Positions 18,544 through 27,679 of a DNA stretch of 64,000 nucleotides are shown piece by piece. Positions within the stretch are counted from its first letter, which is position 1. Each line of letters starts with the position of its first letter. The position numbers and the translations under genes are program-made. The notes under the pieces are model-generated. The model saw nothing but the letters and a program-made list of their open reading frames with translations. It had not been told where the DNA came from and searched no databases. The DNA is taken from sequence record MZ574431.2; one strand, given 5' to 3'.

Positions 18544-19235
18544 TCTCCCGCCGTACTCTTCTGCGCGCCGCCGGCGCCACCGCCGCGATCATCGCCCTGC
18601 CCGCCCACGCCGCCCTGCCGACCCTGGACGAGCGCATCGACGCGATCCTGGCCAAGCACATCCACAACGGCGACCTGGAGATCAGCGGCAAGGCCATCGA
18701 TGGCGAGGTGATCGCCGCCATGGTCGAGGATTGGCTGATCGACCGGACCATCCTCTTCCACCGCGTCTGGGTGACGAGCGAGGGTAAGACGATCGCCGAT
18801 CAGGTCTACAAGATCAACAGGCGCGGTATTGAGCGCGGGCAGATCGCCCTGGCCCATCGCCTGAGTCCACACGCCGGCATGCTGATGCGCACCGCGTTCG
18901 AACTGAACCAGAGCCCGCTTCGTCGGCAGGACTATCCCGAGGTGGCCCAGCGCGCCCGCAAGCGCGTCTTCACCGACCCGCCGATCGGCGGCGCCCTTCC
19001 CGTCGTCGTCCTGACGCCTGAGCAGGCCGAGGCCGGCGACTGGCGCATGCACGCGCTGCGCAACGCCTATCTGCGCCCGGTGCGCTATGGCAAGACCCTG
19101 CTGGCCCTGGAGCGCACGCCGCTGGGCGTGGAATGGTTCGAGAGCCACGAAGCCTTCCTGAACCAAGTTCAGTCGGTCACCGCCCGCGTCTCCCATCAAC
19201 ACCCCAACCTTAGCTATGGCATCGGCAAGGCATGA
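18540..19235 (+). CDS. Tat-signal protein, paralogue 2
   Basis: SRRTLL + AHA cleavage; DWRMHALRNAYLRPVRY..ERTP. Confidence 0.75.
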   Translation: MISRRTLLRAAGATAAIIALPAHAALPTLDERIDAILAKHIHNGDLEISGKAIDGEVIAAMVEDWLIDRTILFHRVWVTSEGKTIADQVYKINRRGIERGQIALAHRLSPHAGMLMRTAFELNQSPLRRQDYPEVAQRARKRVFTDPPIGGALPVVVLTPEQAEAGDWRMHALRNAYLRPVRYGKTLLALERTPLGVEWFESHEAFLNQVQSVTARVSHQHPNLSYGIGKA

Positions 19236-19522
19236 GCGAGCGCGAACTGGTCATCGTCGACAAGGAGCGCGAGGTCGTCGAGCTTCTGGAAGGCGGCTAT
19301 CTCTGGACGGTGCTGTCCTGGCGCGTCGATGACTATGCGCCGACCCTGATCGAGAAGTTCCAGAGCGCGGACTGGGCGATCGTCTGCGCCGAGCAGCGGG
19401 TCGCCGAAGGCTACCACCGGGTCGAGGCCTATCACGCCATCGCCTTCTCGTTCTGGACCGACGCGGTCGAACAGGAGCGGCTCTATCTGATGGAAGAACA
19501 GCGCCAAGAGGTATCTGGCTGA
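19232..19522 (+). CDS. hypothetical phage protein
   Basis: ATGA overlap. Confidence 0.8.
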   Translation: MSERELVIVDKEREVVELLEGGYLWTVLSWRVDDYAPTLIEKFQSADWAIVCAEQRVAEGYHRVEAYHAIAFSFWTDAVEQERLYLMEEQRQEVSG

Positions 19523-19884
19523 TGCGACCCCTGCGCCGCAACGACATCGTCCATGTCCCCAGCCTGCACGACGGCGTGCCGGGCGAGCGCTGCTTCTTCG
19601 GCCGCGTCTGGCGCCGGGTCTCGCCGACCGAAGTGGAGGTCATCTGCACCGGCCGCTACGTCCAGGTCTTCAAGGACGAATGGCTGGAGCGATCCGACTA
19701 CAAGGGCACCTGGGTCACCTATGGCGCGGTGCGCGAGAAGCACCCCTTCTGGCTGCCCATGTCCTCCCTGCGCAAGCTCAAGCAGCGCGCGGCCTATTAC
19801 GACGACCGCGTCTGGCGCAAGAAGAAGGACCGCCGGCGCGAGCGCTTTCACGCCTACATCCGCGCCGAGGAGGCGCAAGCCTGA
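19522..19884 (+). CDS. basic hypothetical protein
   Basis: TGATG overlap. Confidence 0.8.
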   Translation: MRPLRRNDIVHVPSLHDGVPGERCFFGRVWRRVSPTEVEVICTGRYVQVFKDEWLERSDYKGTWVTYGAVREKHPFWLPMSSLRKLKQRAAYYDDRVWRKKKDRRRERFHAYIRAEEAQA

Positions 19885-20072
19885 TGGGACTCTTCGCCCT
19901 GCCCTATGATGTCAAGACGCGCCAGGAAGCCATCGACTGCCTGAAGGCCAACATCGCCATCTGGGACGACTACGCCGCCAAAGGCCAGGACCTGGACTAT
20001 CTCCTGGGCTTCATGCAGGTCTCTCTCAACAAGGCCAAGGAGCTACCCTTCGTCGTGGAGCCCGCGTCGTGA
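19884..20072 (+). CDS. hypothetical protein (MGLFALPY...)
   Basis: TGATG overlap. Confidence 0.75.
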   Translation: MGLFALPYDVKTRQEAIDCLKANIAIWDDYAAKGQDLDYLLGFMQVSLNKAKELPFVVEPAS

Positions 20073-20085
20073 GGGCGCCGCCCCG

Positions 20086-20262
20086 GTGGGCTATGTCGTC
20101 ACGGTCCACAAGTGCCAGGGCGGGACCTACGAAGACGTCGTCACCATCATGCCCGACGGCAAGACCCCGGTCGAACTCAGGATGGGTGAAGGCCTCATCT
20201 TGCGTGGCTGCGACTGGCTCCATCTCCACAACCCGCGAGACCTCCCATGCCCCTCGTCCTGA
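20086..20262 (+). CDS. small hypothetical protein missed by ORF track (VGYVVTVHKCQGG...)
   Basis: GC3-rich frame; may start at 20069 if one C is missing at 20081-84. Confidence 0.55.
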   Translation: MGYVVTVHKCQGGTYEDVVTIMPDGKTPVELRMGEGLILRGCDWLHLHNPRDLPCPSS

Positions 20263-20657
20263 CCGATGAAGAACTGCGCCGCGCCTCCTCGTGGTTTGGC
20301 GCCTGCCAGGACCTGGGCATCAGCTTCGAGAGCCCCGACGCCGAATTGGTGATCAAGCTCTACGAGCACCTGGGCATCCACGTGCCGTTCTCGGTCCGCG
20401 CCATGGTTCGCCCGCCCGAGCCGTTCGTCGTCTATTTCGAGGACTGCGACGCGTCCGTCGAGGAGGTCTACAGCCAGACCGACACCTTGGACTTGATCAT
20501 CGCCCTGGGTGAGATCGCCCGCTTCAATCGTGTCGTGTCCCTGGGTCCCTACGCCTACCGGCTGGAGTGCGACATCGTCGCCCTGGAGGAGGTCCTGAAC
20601 CATCACCCCGACTGGTCGCTGACGACGCCCGACGCCTACAAGGCCATGACCGGATGA
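20247..20657 (+). CDS. hypothetical phage protein
   Basis: GC3-rich codons. Confidence 0.8.
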   Translation: MPLVLTDEELRRASSWFGACQDLGISFESPDAELVIKLYEHLGIHVPFSVRAMVRPPEPFVVYFEDCDASVEEVYSQTDTLDLIIALGEIARFNRVVSLGPYAYRLECDIVALEEVLNHHPDWSLTTPDAYKAMTG

Positions 20658-21055
20658 GCACGGTCGACTGGTCCTTTGAGGACGGCCGGCGCGAGCAGGC
20701 TCAGCGCCGCGAGAAGTGGTTCCAGAACGTCCTGATCAACGCCAGCTACAACGACCTCGTGGGCATCACCGATGCGCGCGAAGGCTTGCGAGGCCTCTGG
20801 CGCGATGGGCGGCTCTACTGGTGGAACCCGTGGCTGGCCACCCATGCCCAGGCCGGCCGCTGGCTTGGCAACGAGGGACGCCTTCTCGACGATGAGGTGG
20901 AGATGCACGTCGATGAAGACGGCATGCTGCACCTGTCGGCCTGGACCTGGGAGACCTTGCACAAGGCCGAGGCCCATCCTTCCTTGGCCGAGCCACAGAC
21001 GCGCCGGTTTGTCAGGCCCGCGCCACCGCCAGAATGGGAGGTTGACGCGGCCTAG
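20654..21055 (+). CDS. hypothetical protein (MSTVDW...)
   Basis: ATGA overlap. Confidence 0.8.
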   Translation: MSTVDWSFEDGRREQAQRREKWFQNVLINASYNDLVGITDAREGLRGLWRDGRLYWWNPWLATHAQAGRWLGNEGRLLDDEVEMHVDEDGMLHLSAWTWETLHKAEAHPSLAEPQTRRFVRPAPPPEWEVDAA

Positions 21056-21080
21056 GTCATCGTGCGAGAAACCCGTTGCC

Positions 21081-22160
21081 ATGACCCTACCCGTCGACAC
21101 CAAAGCCAAGCTCCTCTCCCGCGACCAGTTTCGCGAGGCCGTGTTCGCGCGCGACGGTCATGCTTGCGTTTTCTGCAAGCGCCGAGCCGAGGACACGCCC
21201 GAGGGCAAGCTGGATGCGCATCACATTCTCGAACGACGCCTCTTCCAGGCGCCCCACGAGAAGGGCGGCTACTTCCTGGGCAATGGCGCGACGGTCTGCG
21301 AGGACCATCACCGCCAGTGCGAGTCGACCCAAATTTCGGTCGACGAGGTCTATGCCGCCTGCGGCATCACCCGCCGGGTTCTGCCCGATCATCTCTATTC
21401 GGACCTCGACTACGACAAGTGGGGCAACATCGTCACGCCCAGCGGAGAGCGCCTGAAGGGCGAACTCTATGGCGACGAGAGCGTCCAGAAGATTATGGCC
21501 CAGTGCGCGCCGCCCCCGGTCTTCAAGCCCTACGTCAAATATCCGCGCACCAATCACCTGCCCTGGTCGCCGGGGCTCAACGATGACGACCGGGTCTTGA
21601 AGGACCTCTCGGCCTTCATCGGCGAGCGCGTGATCGTCACCACCAAGATGGATGGCGAGCAGACCAACATGTACCGCGACCACTACCATGCCCGGTCGGT
21701 GGAGAGCGCTCACCACGAGAGCCAGGGCTGGGCCAAGAACTTCTGGTCGCAGATTTGCGGCGACATCCCCGAGGGCTGGCGCGTCTGCGGCGAGAACCTC
21801 TACGCTAAGCACTCGATCGCCTATGACGCCCTGCCTACCTACTTCATGGGCTTTGGCGTCTGGAACGATCTCAACCAGTGCCTGTCCTGGGACGACACGC
21901 TCGAATGGTTCGAGCTTCTGGGCGTCACGCCGGTGCCGGTGATCTATGACGGCGTCTTCGACGAGGCCGCCATCAAGGCCCTCTATGACGCCAAGACCTG
22001 GGACACCTGCGAGGGCTATGTGCTGCGCGTGGCGCGTTCGTTCTCCTACGGCGAGTTCCGCGCCTGCGTCGGTAAGTTCGTCCGCGCCGGCCACGTCCAG
22101 ACAACCAAGCACTGGAAACACGGCCAGCGGGTCGAGAAGAACGGGCTAGTCAGCGCATGA
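21081..22160 (+). CDS. HNH domain-RNA ligase (Rnl2-like) fusion
   Basis: CVFC..DAHH...NGATVCEDHH HNH; ligase motifs TKMDG, GENL, EGYVLR, KFVR. Confidence 0.85.
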   Translation: MTLPVDTKAKLLSRDQFREAVFARDGHACVFCKRRAEDTPEGKLDAHHILERRLFQAPHEKGGYFLGNGATVCEDHHRQCESTQISVDEVYAACGITRRVLPDHLYSDLDYDKWGNIVTPSGERLKGELYGDESVQKIMAQCAPPPVFKPYVKYPRTNHLPWSPGLNDDDRVLKDLSAFIGERVIVTTKMDGEQTNMYRDHYHARSVESAHHESQGWAKNFWSQICGDIPEGWRVCGENLYAKHSIAYDALPTYFMGFGVWNDLNQCLSWDDTLEWFELLGVTPVPVIYDGVFDEAAIKALYDAKTWDTCEGYVLRVARSFSYGEFRACVGKFVRAGHVQTTKHWKHGQRVEKNGLVSA

Positions 22161-22915
22161 GCAAGGGACCGCCCAGGCGCTTCGACCACGACGAGATGAT
22201 CGATCTCTGGCGGGCCGGCCACAATTCCATCGCCCTGGCCGCTCGCTATGGCGTCACGCCTAGCGCGATCAGTCGCGCCATCAGCCATGCCCGCAGCAAG
22301 GACCCGACCATCCCGCGCCGCAAGCGCGTCGACCGCGAGGCCGTGGTCACTGCCTATCAGGCCGGCGCCAGCGAAGTGGCCATCGCCAAGGACCTGGGCC
22401 ATTCTCTGGCCGTGGTCTACCGCGCCCTGGCCCAGGCCGGCGTGCCGCTGCGTCCGCGCCCCGGCTCGGTTGATGTCCAGGCCGCCGCCGACCTACGCAA
22501 GCAAGGCCTGACGATCGACCAGATCGCCGAGGCCTTGAGCGCCTCGCGTCATGGCGTGCGCCGCGCTCTGACCCGCGCGGGCCTCTCCGCACGCCCCTCC
22601 CACACCCACGCCGGACCTGCGCCTCGCTTCGATCACGTCGAAGCCCATCGGCTCTATGCGGCCGGCGGGGAGAGCTTCTCGTCCCTGGCCCGCAGGTTTG
22701 GCGTCTCGCGCCAAGCCATGCAGGACATGCTGGTGCGCAACTATGGCGTCACGGCCAAGCGGCGCACCTATCGTCCCGTGGTCGACAAAGTCCGCAAGAT
22801 CGATCCGTTCGAAGCCCGCGCGCTCTATGCCACCGGCGACTGGACCTATCGCGCCTTGGCCGCCAAGTACGGCGCCACCTGCCGGGCAGTGGAGCGCGCG
22901 ATCAAGGGCGTTTGA
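22157..22915 (+). CDS. protein with five tandem HTH repeats
   Basis: repeated D..A..L(Y/W)..G.S...A...GVS...V...L units. Confidence 0.8.
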   Translation: MSKGPPRRFDHDEMIDLWRAGHNSIALAARYGVTPSAISRAISHARSKDPTIPRRKRVDREAVVTAYQAGASEVAIAKDLGHSLAVVYRALAQAGVPLRPRPGSVDVQAAADLRKQGLTIDQIAEALSASRHGVRRALTRAGLSARPSHTHAGPAPRFDHVEAHRLYAAGGESFSSLARRFGVSRQAMQDMLVRNYGVTAKRRTYRPVVDKVRKIDPFEARALYATGDWTYRALAAKYGATCRAVERAIKGV

Positions 22916-22921
22916 TCCTGC

Positions 22922-22960
22922 AAGAAAGCTGTTGACAGCCCTGTTGCCGGCGTGCTTTAT
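22922..22960 (+). promoter_or_regulatory. sigma70-type promoter, left-arm class
   Basis: AAGAAAGCTG-TTGACA(22932)-N17-CTTTAT. Confidence 0.7.
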
Positions 22961-22995
22961 GGCTCCAACGCAACAACGCAGAAGGAGCCGCCGTC

Positions 22996-23172
22996 TTGAA
23001 AACCGCTGACCTGGGCCAGGGCTGGTACGCCAACGCCAACGACGACGGCAGCTTCACGGTGCGCAACCCCGACAAGGGCCAGCGCATCAACCTGACGGCC
23101 GACGAGGCCAAGCGCTTTGTCGAACTCTACCGCGAGGCCGAGGCGCAAGTCGCACAAGGCGTCCAGTCGTGA
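22996..23172 (+). CDS. 58-aa hypothetical protein missed by ORF track (MKTADLGQGW...)
   Basis: RBS AAGGAG, TTG start, GTGA overlap with next gene. Confidence 0.7.
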   Translation: MKTADLGQGWYANANDDGSFTVRNPDKGQRINLTADEAKRFVELYREAEAQVAQGVQS

Positions 23173-23606
23173 AGATCGGCGCCAACGATCAGTTCGTGCT
23201 CGAAGCCGTCCACGGCGGCTGGTCGGTGCTGTTCCGCGCCGAGGTCGGCAACCAGAGCAACAGCCTGGAGATCGCCCGCTTCCTGGTGGCCTACTACCCC
23301 GACGAGGTCATCACCCTGGGCTCGGCTCAGGCCTTCGTCGAGAAGATGAACGCCACGCTGCAAGCCGAGCGCCGGCATAACCAGGGCCTGATGGCGCCCG
23401 AGTGGGATATGCGCGGCAGCTACGCGGCCGGCGATCGGGTGACCTTCGAGGGCGAGGTCTACGAGTACGTCTCGCGCACGCCCCGCGACTTCAGCGACGA
23501 CGACAAGGTCGCCATGACCCCGAAGTATTCGGGCCTGTGGCAGGACGTCAAGAACGAGCGCGCGCTGGCCTATGCCCGCAGCCTCGTGGCGGACAACGCC
23601 CTCTGA
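23169..23606 (+). CDS. hypothetical protein, C-terminal carbohydrate-binding-like motif
   Basis: WDMRGSYAAGDRVTFEGEVYE resembles ChiC-type W..Y..GD.V...G..Y module. Confidence 0.6.
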   Translation: MKIGANDQFVLEAVHGGWSVLFRAEVGNQSNSLEIARFLVAYYPDEVITLGSAQAFVEKMNATLQAERRHNQGLMAPEWDMRGSYAAGDRVTFEGEVYEYVSRTPRDFSDDDKVAMTPKYSGLWQDVKNERALAYARSLVADNAL

Positions 23607-23863
23607 TGCCCAAGGCCTACAACCTCACGGGCGGCCTGAAGCTGGTGGTCGAGATGCGTGGTCAGTACACGATCACGCGCGCCGGCAAGACCCTGGGCAG
23701 CGGCTCGTTCTGGCGCGGCAAGAACGCGGCCGGCGACATCGCCACCTACTGCCGGGTCTGGGACCACAACAACGTCGATCTGGGCATCAACGCTGTCTAC
23801 TTCAGCGACTTCAAGCGCGAGGTCGACTGGTACTGGACCCACGGCGAAGGCAAGGACCTCTAG
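23606..23863 (+). CDS. hypothetical protein (MPKAYN...)
   Basis: TGATG overlap. Confidence 0.8.
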   Translation: MPKAYNLTGGLKLVVEMRGQYTITRAGKTLGSGSFWRGKNAAGDIATYCRVWDHNNVDLGINAVYFSDFKREVDWYWTHGEGKDL

Positions 23864-23865
23864 CC

Positions 23866-24093
23866 ATGGGAACCTACGGCCTCAACGAACTCATGCGCCG
23901 GCGCCGCGAGCAACTGACGGCCGAAGCCCTGGAGCGTAAGGACGATCCCTATTTCCAGGCCCTGGAGCGCGAGCGCATCGCCGACGAGATCGCCATGGGC
24001 CTGCGCAACGCCGACGGTGAATGGCTGTGGGCCGACACCCCTGCTTCCGACGAGGCGGAAGACGAAATCCTTCAGGACGAGGACGAAGAATGA
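23866..24093 (+). CDS. hypothetical protein, acidic tail
   Basis: RBS-like spacing; coupled to next gene. Confidence 0.75.
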   Translation: MGTYGLNELMRRRREQLTAEALERKDDPYFQALERERIADEIAMGLRNADGEWLWADTPASDEAEDEILQDEDEE

Positions 24094-24407
24094 TCCGCGA
24101 GAACCCCCGCTTCGAGAAGACCTTCACCGTCGGCGACATGATCGACCTGCTCCAGGCCCACGATCGCAAGCTGCCGCTGGGCATCTTCAGTCCGTCCATG
24201 GGCGTGATGTTCCCGCCCCAGGTCAAGGCCGAGACGATCAACACGATCGGCTTCAAGTCCGAGGACGCGCGCGGCCGGATCGGCTTCAACCTGCATGATC
24301 CCTCCGAACTGAAGAACCCCATGCTCTGCGCCAAGACCGTCCGCAAGCTCAACGGCCCGCCCGTCAAGATCGTGCTGATCCACGCGCCCAAGGAATATGT
24401 GGGCTGA
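24090..24407 (+). CDS. hypothetical protein (MIRENP...)
   Basis: ATGA overlap. Confidence 0.8.
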   Translation: MIRENPRFEKTFTVGDMIDLLQAHDRKLPLGIFSPSMGVMFPPQVKAETINTIGFKSEDARGRIGFNLHDPSELKNPMLCAKTVRKLNGPPVKIVLIHAPKEYVG

Positions 24408-24413
24408 TCTTGC

Positions 24414-25460
24414 ATGGGCGACTGGAAGCAACAGCTTGTGGCCCAGGCCAAGGGCATGCCCTTGGACATCGAGCCGCTGGTGGCTTCGCCACCCAGACCG
24501 CCCGCGCCGCAACCCTTGCGCCGGCGCCGCCCGATCCTGACCGACGCCGAGCGCCAGATGCTTGGGATCGGCGTGGGTCCGACCCCAAAACAACCCGGCG
24601 GCAAGCGTAAGTTCAAGACGCCCCGCACCCGTCCATTCAAAGGTCCGCGCGCCTGCGTGCTGTTGGTCAGGGAGGCCAAGGTCCTGAATAAGAAACCGCG
24701 CATGGCCCGCCTGCGAGGCCGGAAGGTTCCGATGCTGGCGACCCGCACGCCGTTCAACTACGACAAGGCCATGGACCTGCGCGAAGCGGGAATCTCGGTG
24801 CAGAACATCGCCACGGCGCTGGATGTGTCGCCGCTGGCGATCCGGGCCTTCGTCAACACCTACGCCAGCCACGTCAAGGCCACGCGAGGGTCCAACCTCT
24901 CCGAAGAGGTTCAAGACCAGATCGTCAAGACCTATGCGCAAGGCGGCGTCACCCAGGCCCAGGTGGCCAAGCAGTTTGGCGTCAGCGGTCCGACAGTCTG
25001 CAACATTATCCGGCGGCGTGCGCCAGGGCTAGGCAAGTCCATGCGGCGCTATGCCTTCCACCCCAACCGCAGACTGGACATCGAAGAGGCGGCGGCTGCC
25101 TACGAGGCGGGTCAGACCTTGCGCGAGATCGCCAAGGCCCAAGGGGTGTCACAGAACGCCGTCTACCTGAACCTGAAGACCTATGCGCCACAGGTGATGG
25201 AGGCCAAGCGTCTGGAGCGCCTCGCCGCTAAGGCTGCCAAGGAAGCCCAGCGGCTCACCAAGCTGAAGGCCAAGGAACCGACCCTCGGTTATAGCTTCAA
25301 CGCGACCCTGGCGATCCGCACCCTGCGCGCCGGCGGCTCGCGCCAAAACGTGCTCGACTACTTCAAGATCAGTCGAAGCACGCTGGCTCGGATGCTGAGC
25401 AAGGAAGCGCCCGATCTCCTGCGCCCCAGAGCGGGACGCCCCCACAAGGAGACGACGTGA
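24414..25460 (+). CDS. basic protein with four tandem HTH repeats
   Basis: GISVQNIATALDVS, GVTQAQVAKQFGVS, GQTLREIAKAQGVS, GGSRQNVLDYFKIS. Confidence 0.75.
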   Translation: MGDWKQQLVAQAKGMPLDIEPLVASPPRPPAPQPLRRRRPILTDAERQMLGIGVGPTPKQPGGKRKFKTPRTRPFKGPRACVLLVREAKVLNKKPRMARLRGRKVPMLATRTPFNYDKAMDLREAGISVQNIATALDVSPLAIRAFVNTYASHVKATRGSNLSEEVQDQIVKTYAQGGVTQAQVAKQFGVSGPTVCNIIRRRAPGLGKSMRRYAFHPNRRLDIEEAAAAYEAGQTLREIAKAQGVSQNAVYLNLKTYAPQVMEAKRLERLAAKAAKEAQRLTKLKAKEPTLGYSFNATLAIRTLRAGGSRQNVLDYFKISRSTLARMLSKEAPDLLRPRAGRPHKETT

Positions 25461-25500
25461 CGCCCTGAAAAGGTGACGCCGTGAGGATGTGACGACCTGA
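25457..25500 (+). repeat. 3 x 12-bp direct repeat, 16-bp period
   Basis: GTGACGCCCTGA(25457), GTGACGCCGTGA(25473), GTGACGACCTGA(25489). Confidence 0.7.
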
Positions 25501-25605
25501 CAGGCGCCGGCCGATTGAAAGTGAGGCCGCGTCTGATTGAAGACTTGAAATCGCGAGCGGGTCGCCGAAGGCGGCGCGTGATGCGGCCATGAACAAGGAA
25601 CCTGG

Positions 25606-26438
25606 ATGACCCAAACTGCTGAAGCTCTCGCCCGCGCCAATTATGACCGCCTTGCGGCCATGGACATGTTCAAGTCCAATCCGATGCCGGCCTGGGACGC
25701 CATGCCTGATAGCCAGCGCGCGGCCTGGGTGCAGCAGGCGGCCGAACAGATCGAGCGCGAGCGCCCCAGGGTCCTGTCCCCGCTCGATCGCGACATCATC
25801 GACCTACTTCAGGAAGAAAGCGCCGAGGTCCTGGAGGAACTGGCGCCGCACATGGCCGCCGCCATCGCCCGGATCGTCAAGCTGGCCAACAAGGCCAAGC
25901 GCTTTGGCAACGTCAAGAACCCGTTCGCGGGCGAGGACACCAAGCCCAACTACGAAAAGCTCGAAGACGAGATCGGCGACTTCGGCGCCCTGGTGGCGAT
26001 CCTCGGCGCGCGCGGCGTGCTCTCCAAGGAGCGCATCAACCAGCGCATCGAGTGGAAGGTGGGCATGCTCACCACCCATGGCTCGATCGACTGGTCCAAG
26101 GATGATCAGCCGACCGCCGCCCCGAAGACCCCGCCACCGTCCAGGCCCGCTACGAGGACAAGGCCGCCTACCAGGAGATGATCCTGCGCAAGGCCCTGAC
26201 CGGCCAGTCCGCGCCGCACGAGGGCGTCTGGGTCGAAGCCCTGCGTCGGCTCAACGACTTCCTGGCCGAGGATACCCCGCCGCTGTCGACGGCCCTGGAC
26301 CTGATCGGCCTGCGCAACAACTTCCTGGCGAACCGCGACTACAGCGAGATCGACCTGTTCGAGCAGGCCGTCGTCATGCTGCTGGCCAAGCTGAAGGACA
26401 CCCATCCGGGCAACATCCTCGATCCGGCCGGCGCGTAA
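25606..26438 (+). CDS. MazG-like NTP pyrophosphohydrolase with C-terminal extension (apparent frameshift at 26120-23)
   Basis: LLQEESAEVLEEL...LEDEIGD EEXXE motifs; one extra C joins 25606 to the 26178..26438 frame. Confidence 0.7.
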
Positions 26439-26476
26439 GAAAACTGTTGACAACTTCTTGGGGCGGACGTAGAAGG
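26437..26476 (+). promoter_or_regulatory. sigma70-type promoter, left-arm class
   Basis: AAGAAAACTG-TTGACA(26447)-N17-TAGAAG. Confidence 0.7.
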
Positions 26477-26502
26477 GACGCAACAGCAGCCCAGGAGACC
26501 TC

Positions 26503-26922
26503 ATGACCTACGCCCTGCCCGACCTCGCGAAGATCACCTTCCACGACAAGAAGGTCGAGCGGTTCGCCGAGTTCCTGATCGGCTGCATCAACATCGGCTC
26601 CGCCAGCATCCAGGGCTTCAAGACGGCTCTGGACAGCGACCCGTTCGCCGCCTGCGAGGACATCGCCAAGCTGAAGTTGGCCGCCGCCCGCCTACGCACC
26701 GCCAAGTGCTATCTGGAGCATGTCCTGGACCTCGCCGCAAACGGCCCGGACAAGACCTGGGCCTACATCGGCGCGATGATCCGCAAGGACCTGGACACCC
26801 GCGTCGTCTACGCCGCCAGTCGCCCGCCGCGCTCGTCCAACCCCGAGTCCGATGACATGGCGGCGGTGGAACTGCGCGCCCTGGCTGAACTGCTCAAGCG
26901 CTTCCAGGACGGTGAGTTCTGA
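26503..26922 (+). CDS. hypothetical phage protein
   Basis: RBS AGGAG. Confidence 0.85.
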   Translation: MTYALPDLAKITFHDKKVERFAEFLIGCINIGSASIQGFKTALDSDPFAACEDIAKLKLAAARLRTAKCYLEHVLDLAANGPDKTWAYIGAMIRKDLDTRVVYAASRPPRSSNPESDDMAAVELRALAELLKRFQDGEF

Positions 26923-27293
26923 TGAACCTCGACCCGCGCATCGGCATGCTCCAGACCGAACGGGGTCTGGCCTTCTACGCCTATCCCCACGGCTATGACG
27001 CGCCGGCCGTGCGCGGCAGCCGCGAGAAGGTCGAGTTCGCCCTGGGCCTTCGCCATCGACGCTTCGCGCGGATGGCCGACGTCCCACTCGGCCCGTACCT
27101 GAGCGTCTATGACGTCGAGATCACCGTGCGCAGCTACAGCCACGGCTATCACCGCTACACGCGCGGCCCCTATCACTACGAGGGCATCCGTGCCCCGTCC
27201 AAATCCGCCGCCAACGACGAGGCCCGCCGACTGCATGGTCACAAGGGCCATGGCCTACCGTCGGCCAAAGCCACCCTGCGCCTGGACGCCTGA
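26922..27293 (+). CDS. hypothetical phage protein
   Basis: TGATG overlap. Confidence 0.8.
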   Translation: MNLDPRIGMLQTERGLAFYAYPHGYDAPAVRGSREKVEFALGLRHRRFARMADVPLGPYLSVYDVEITVRSYSHGYHRYTRGPYHYEGIRAPSKSAANDEARRLHGHKGHGLPSAKATLRLDA

Positions 27294-27296
27294 TCC

Positions 27297-27677
27297 ATGA
27301 AGAAGACCCACAAGATCACGGCCGACGAGGCCGCCATCATCCGCAAGGCCGCCACCAAGCTGGTCGGCAACGCCCGCGTGCGCCTCGAACTCAACCTCCA
27401 CGCCAACGACGCCGACCAGGAGGGCTACAACACCCTGGCCCTGGGCGAGGAGCACAGCACCGTTGACACCTGCGACTGGGGCCAGTTCCGCAACCGCGTC
27501 TTCCCACTGGTCGACGGCGCCGCGCGCCTGGACATCTCGATCTACACCGTGCGCTCCAAGGACGGCGACTTCGAAGTCCTCAACTACATCTACCCGATCT
27601 GGGAAGGCGGCAAGCTCGTGCGCATCGAGGGCCTGTCGCGCATCGGGGCTGGCTACGCGCCGATCTGGGGCCTCTAG
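27297..27677 (+). CDS. hypothetical phage protein
   Basis: GC3-rich codons. Confidence 0.85.
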   Translation: MKKTHKITADEAAIIRKAATKLVGNARVRLELNLHANDADQEGYNTLALGEEHSTVDTCDWGQFRNRVFPLVDGAARLDISIYTVRSKDGDFEVLNYIYPIWEGGKLVRIEGLSRIGAGYAPIWGL

Positions 27678-27679
27678 CC

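Noticed and set aside
20772-21080. Extended N-termini in the ORF track (20772, 53226, 3792, 15841, 47738 and others)
   Set aside because: They overlap real upstream genes or regulatory modules in another frame; internal starts with RBS or stop overlap were used instead.
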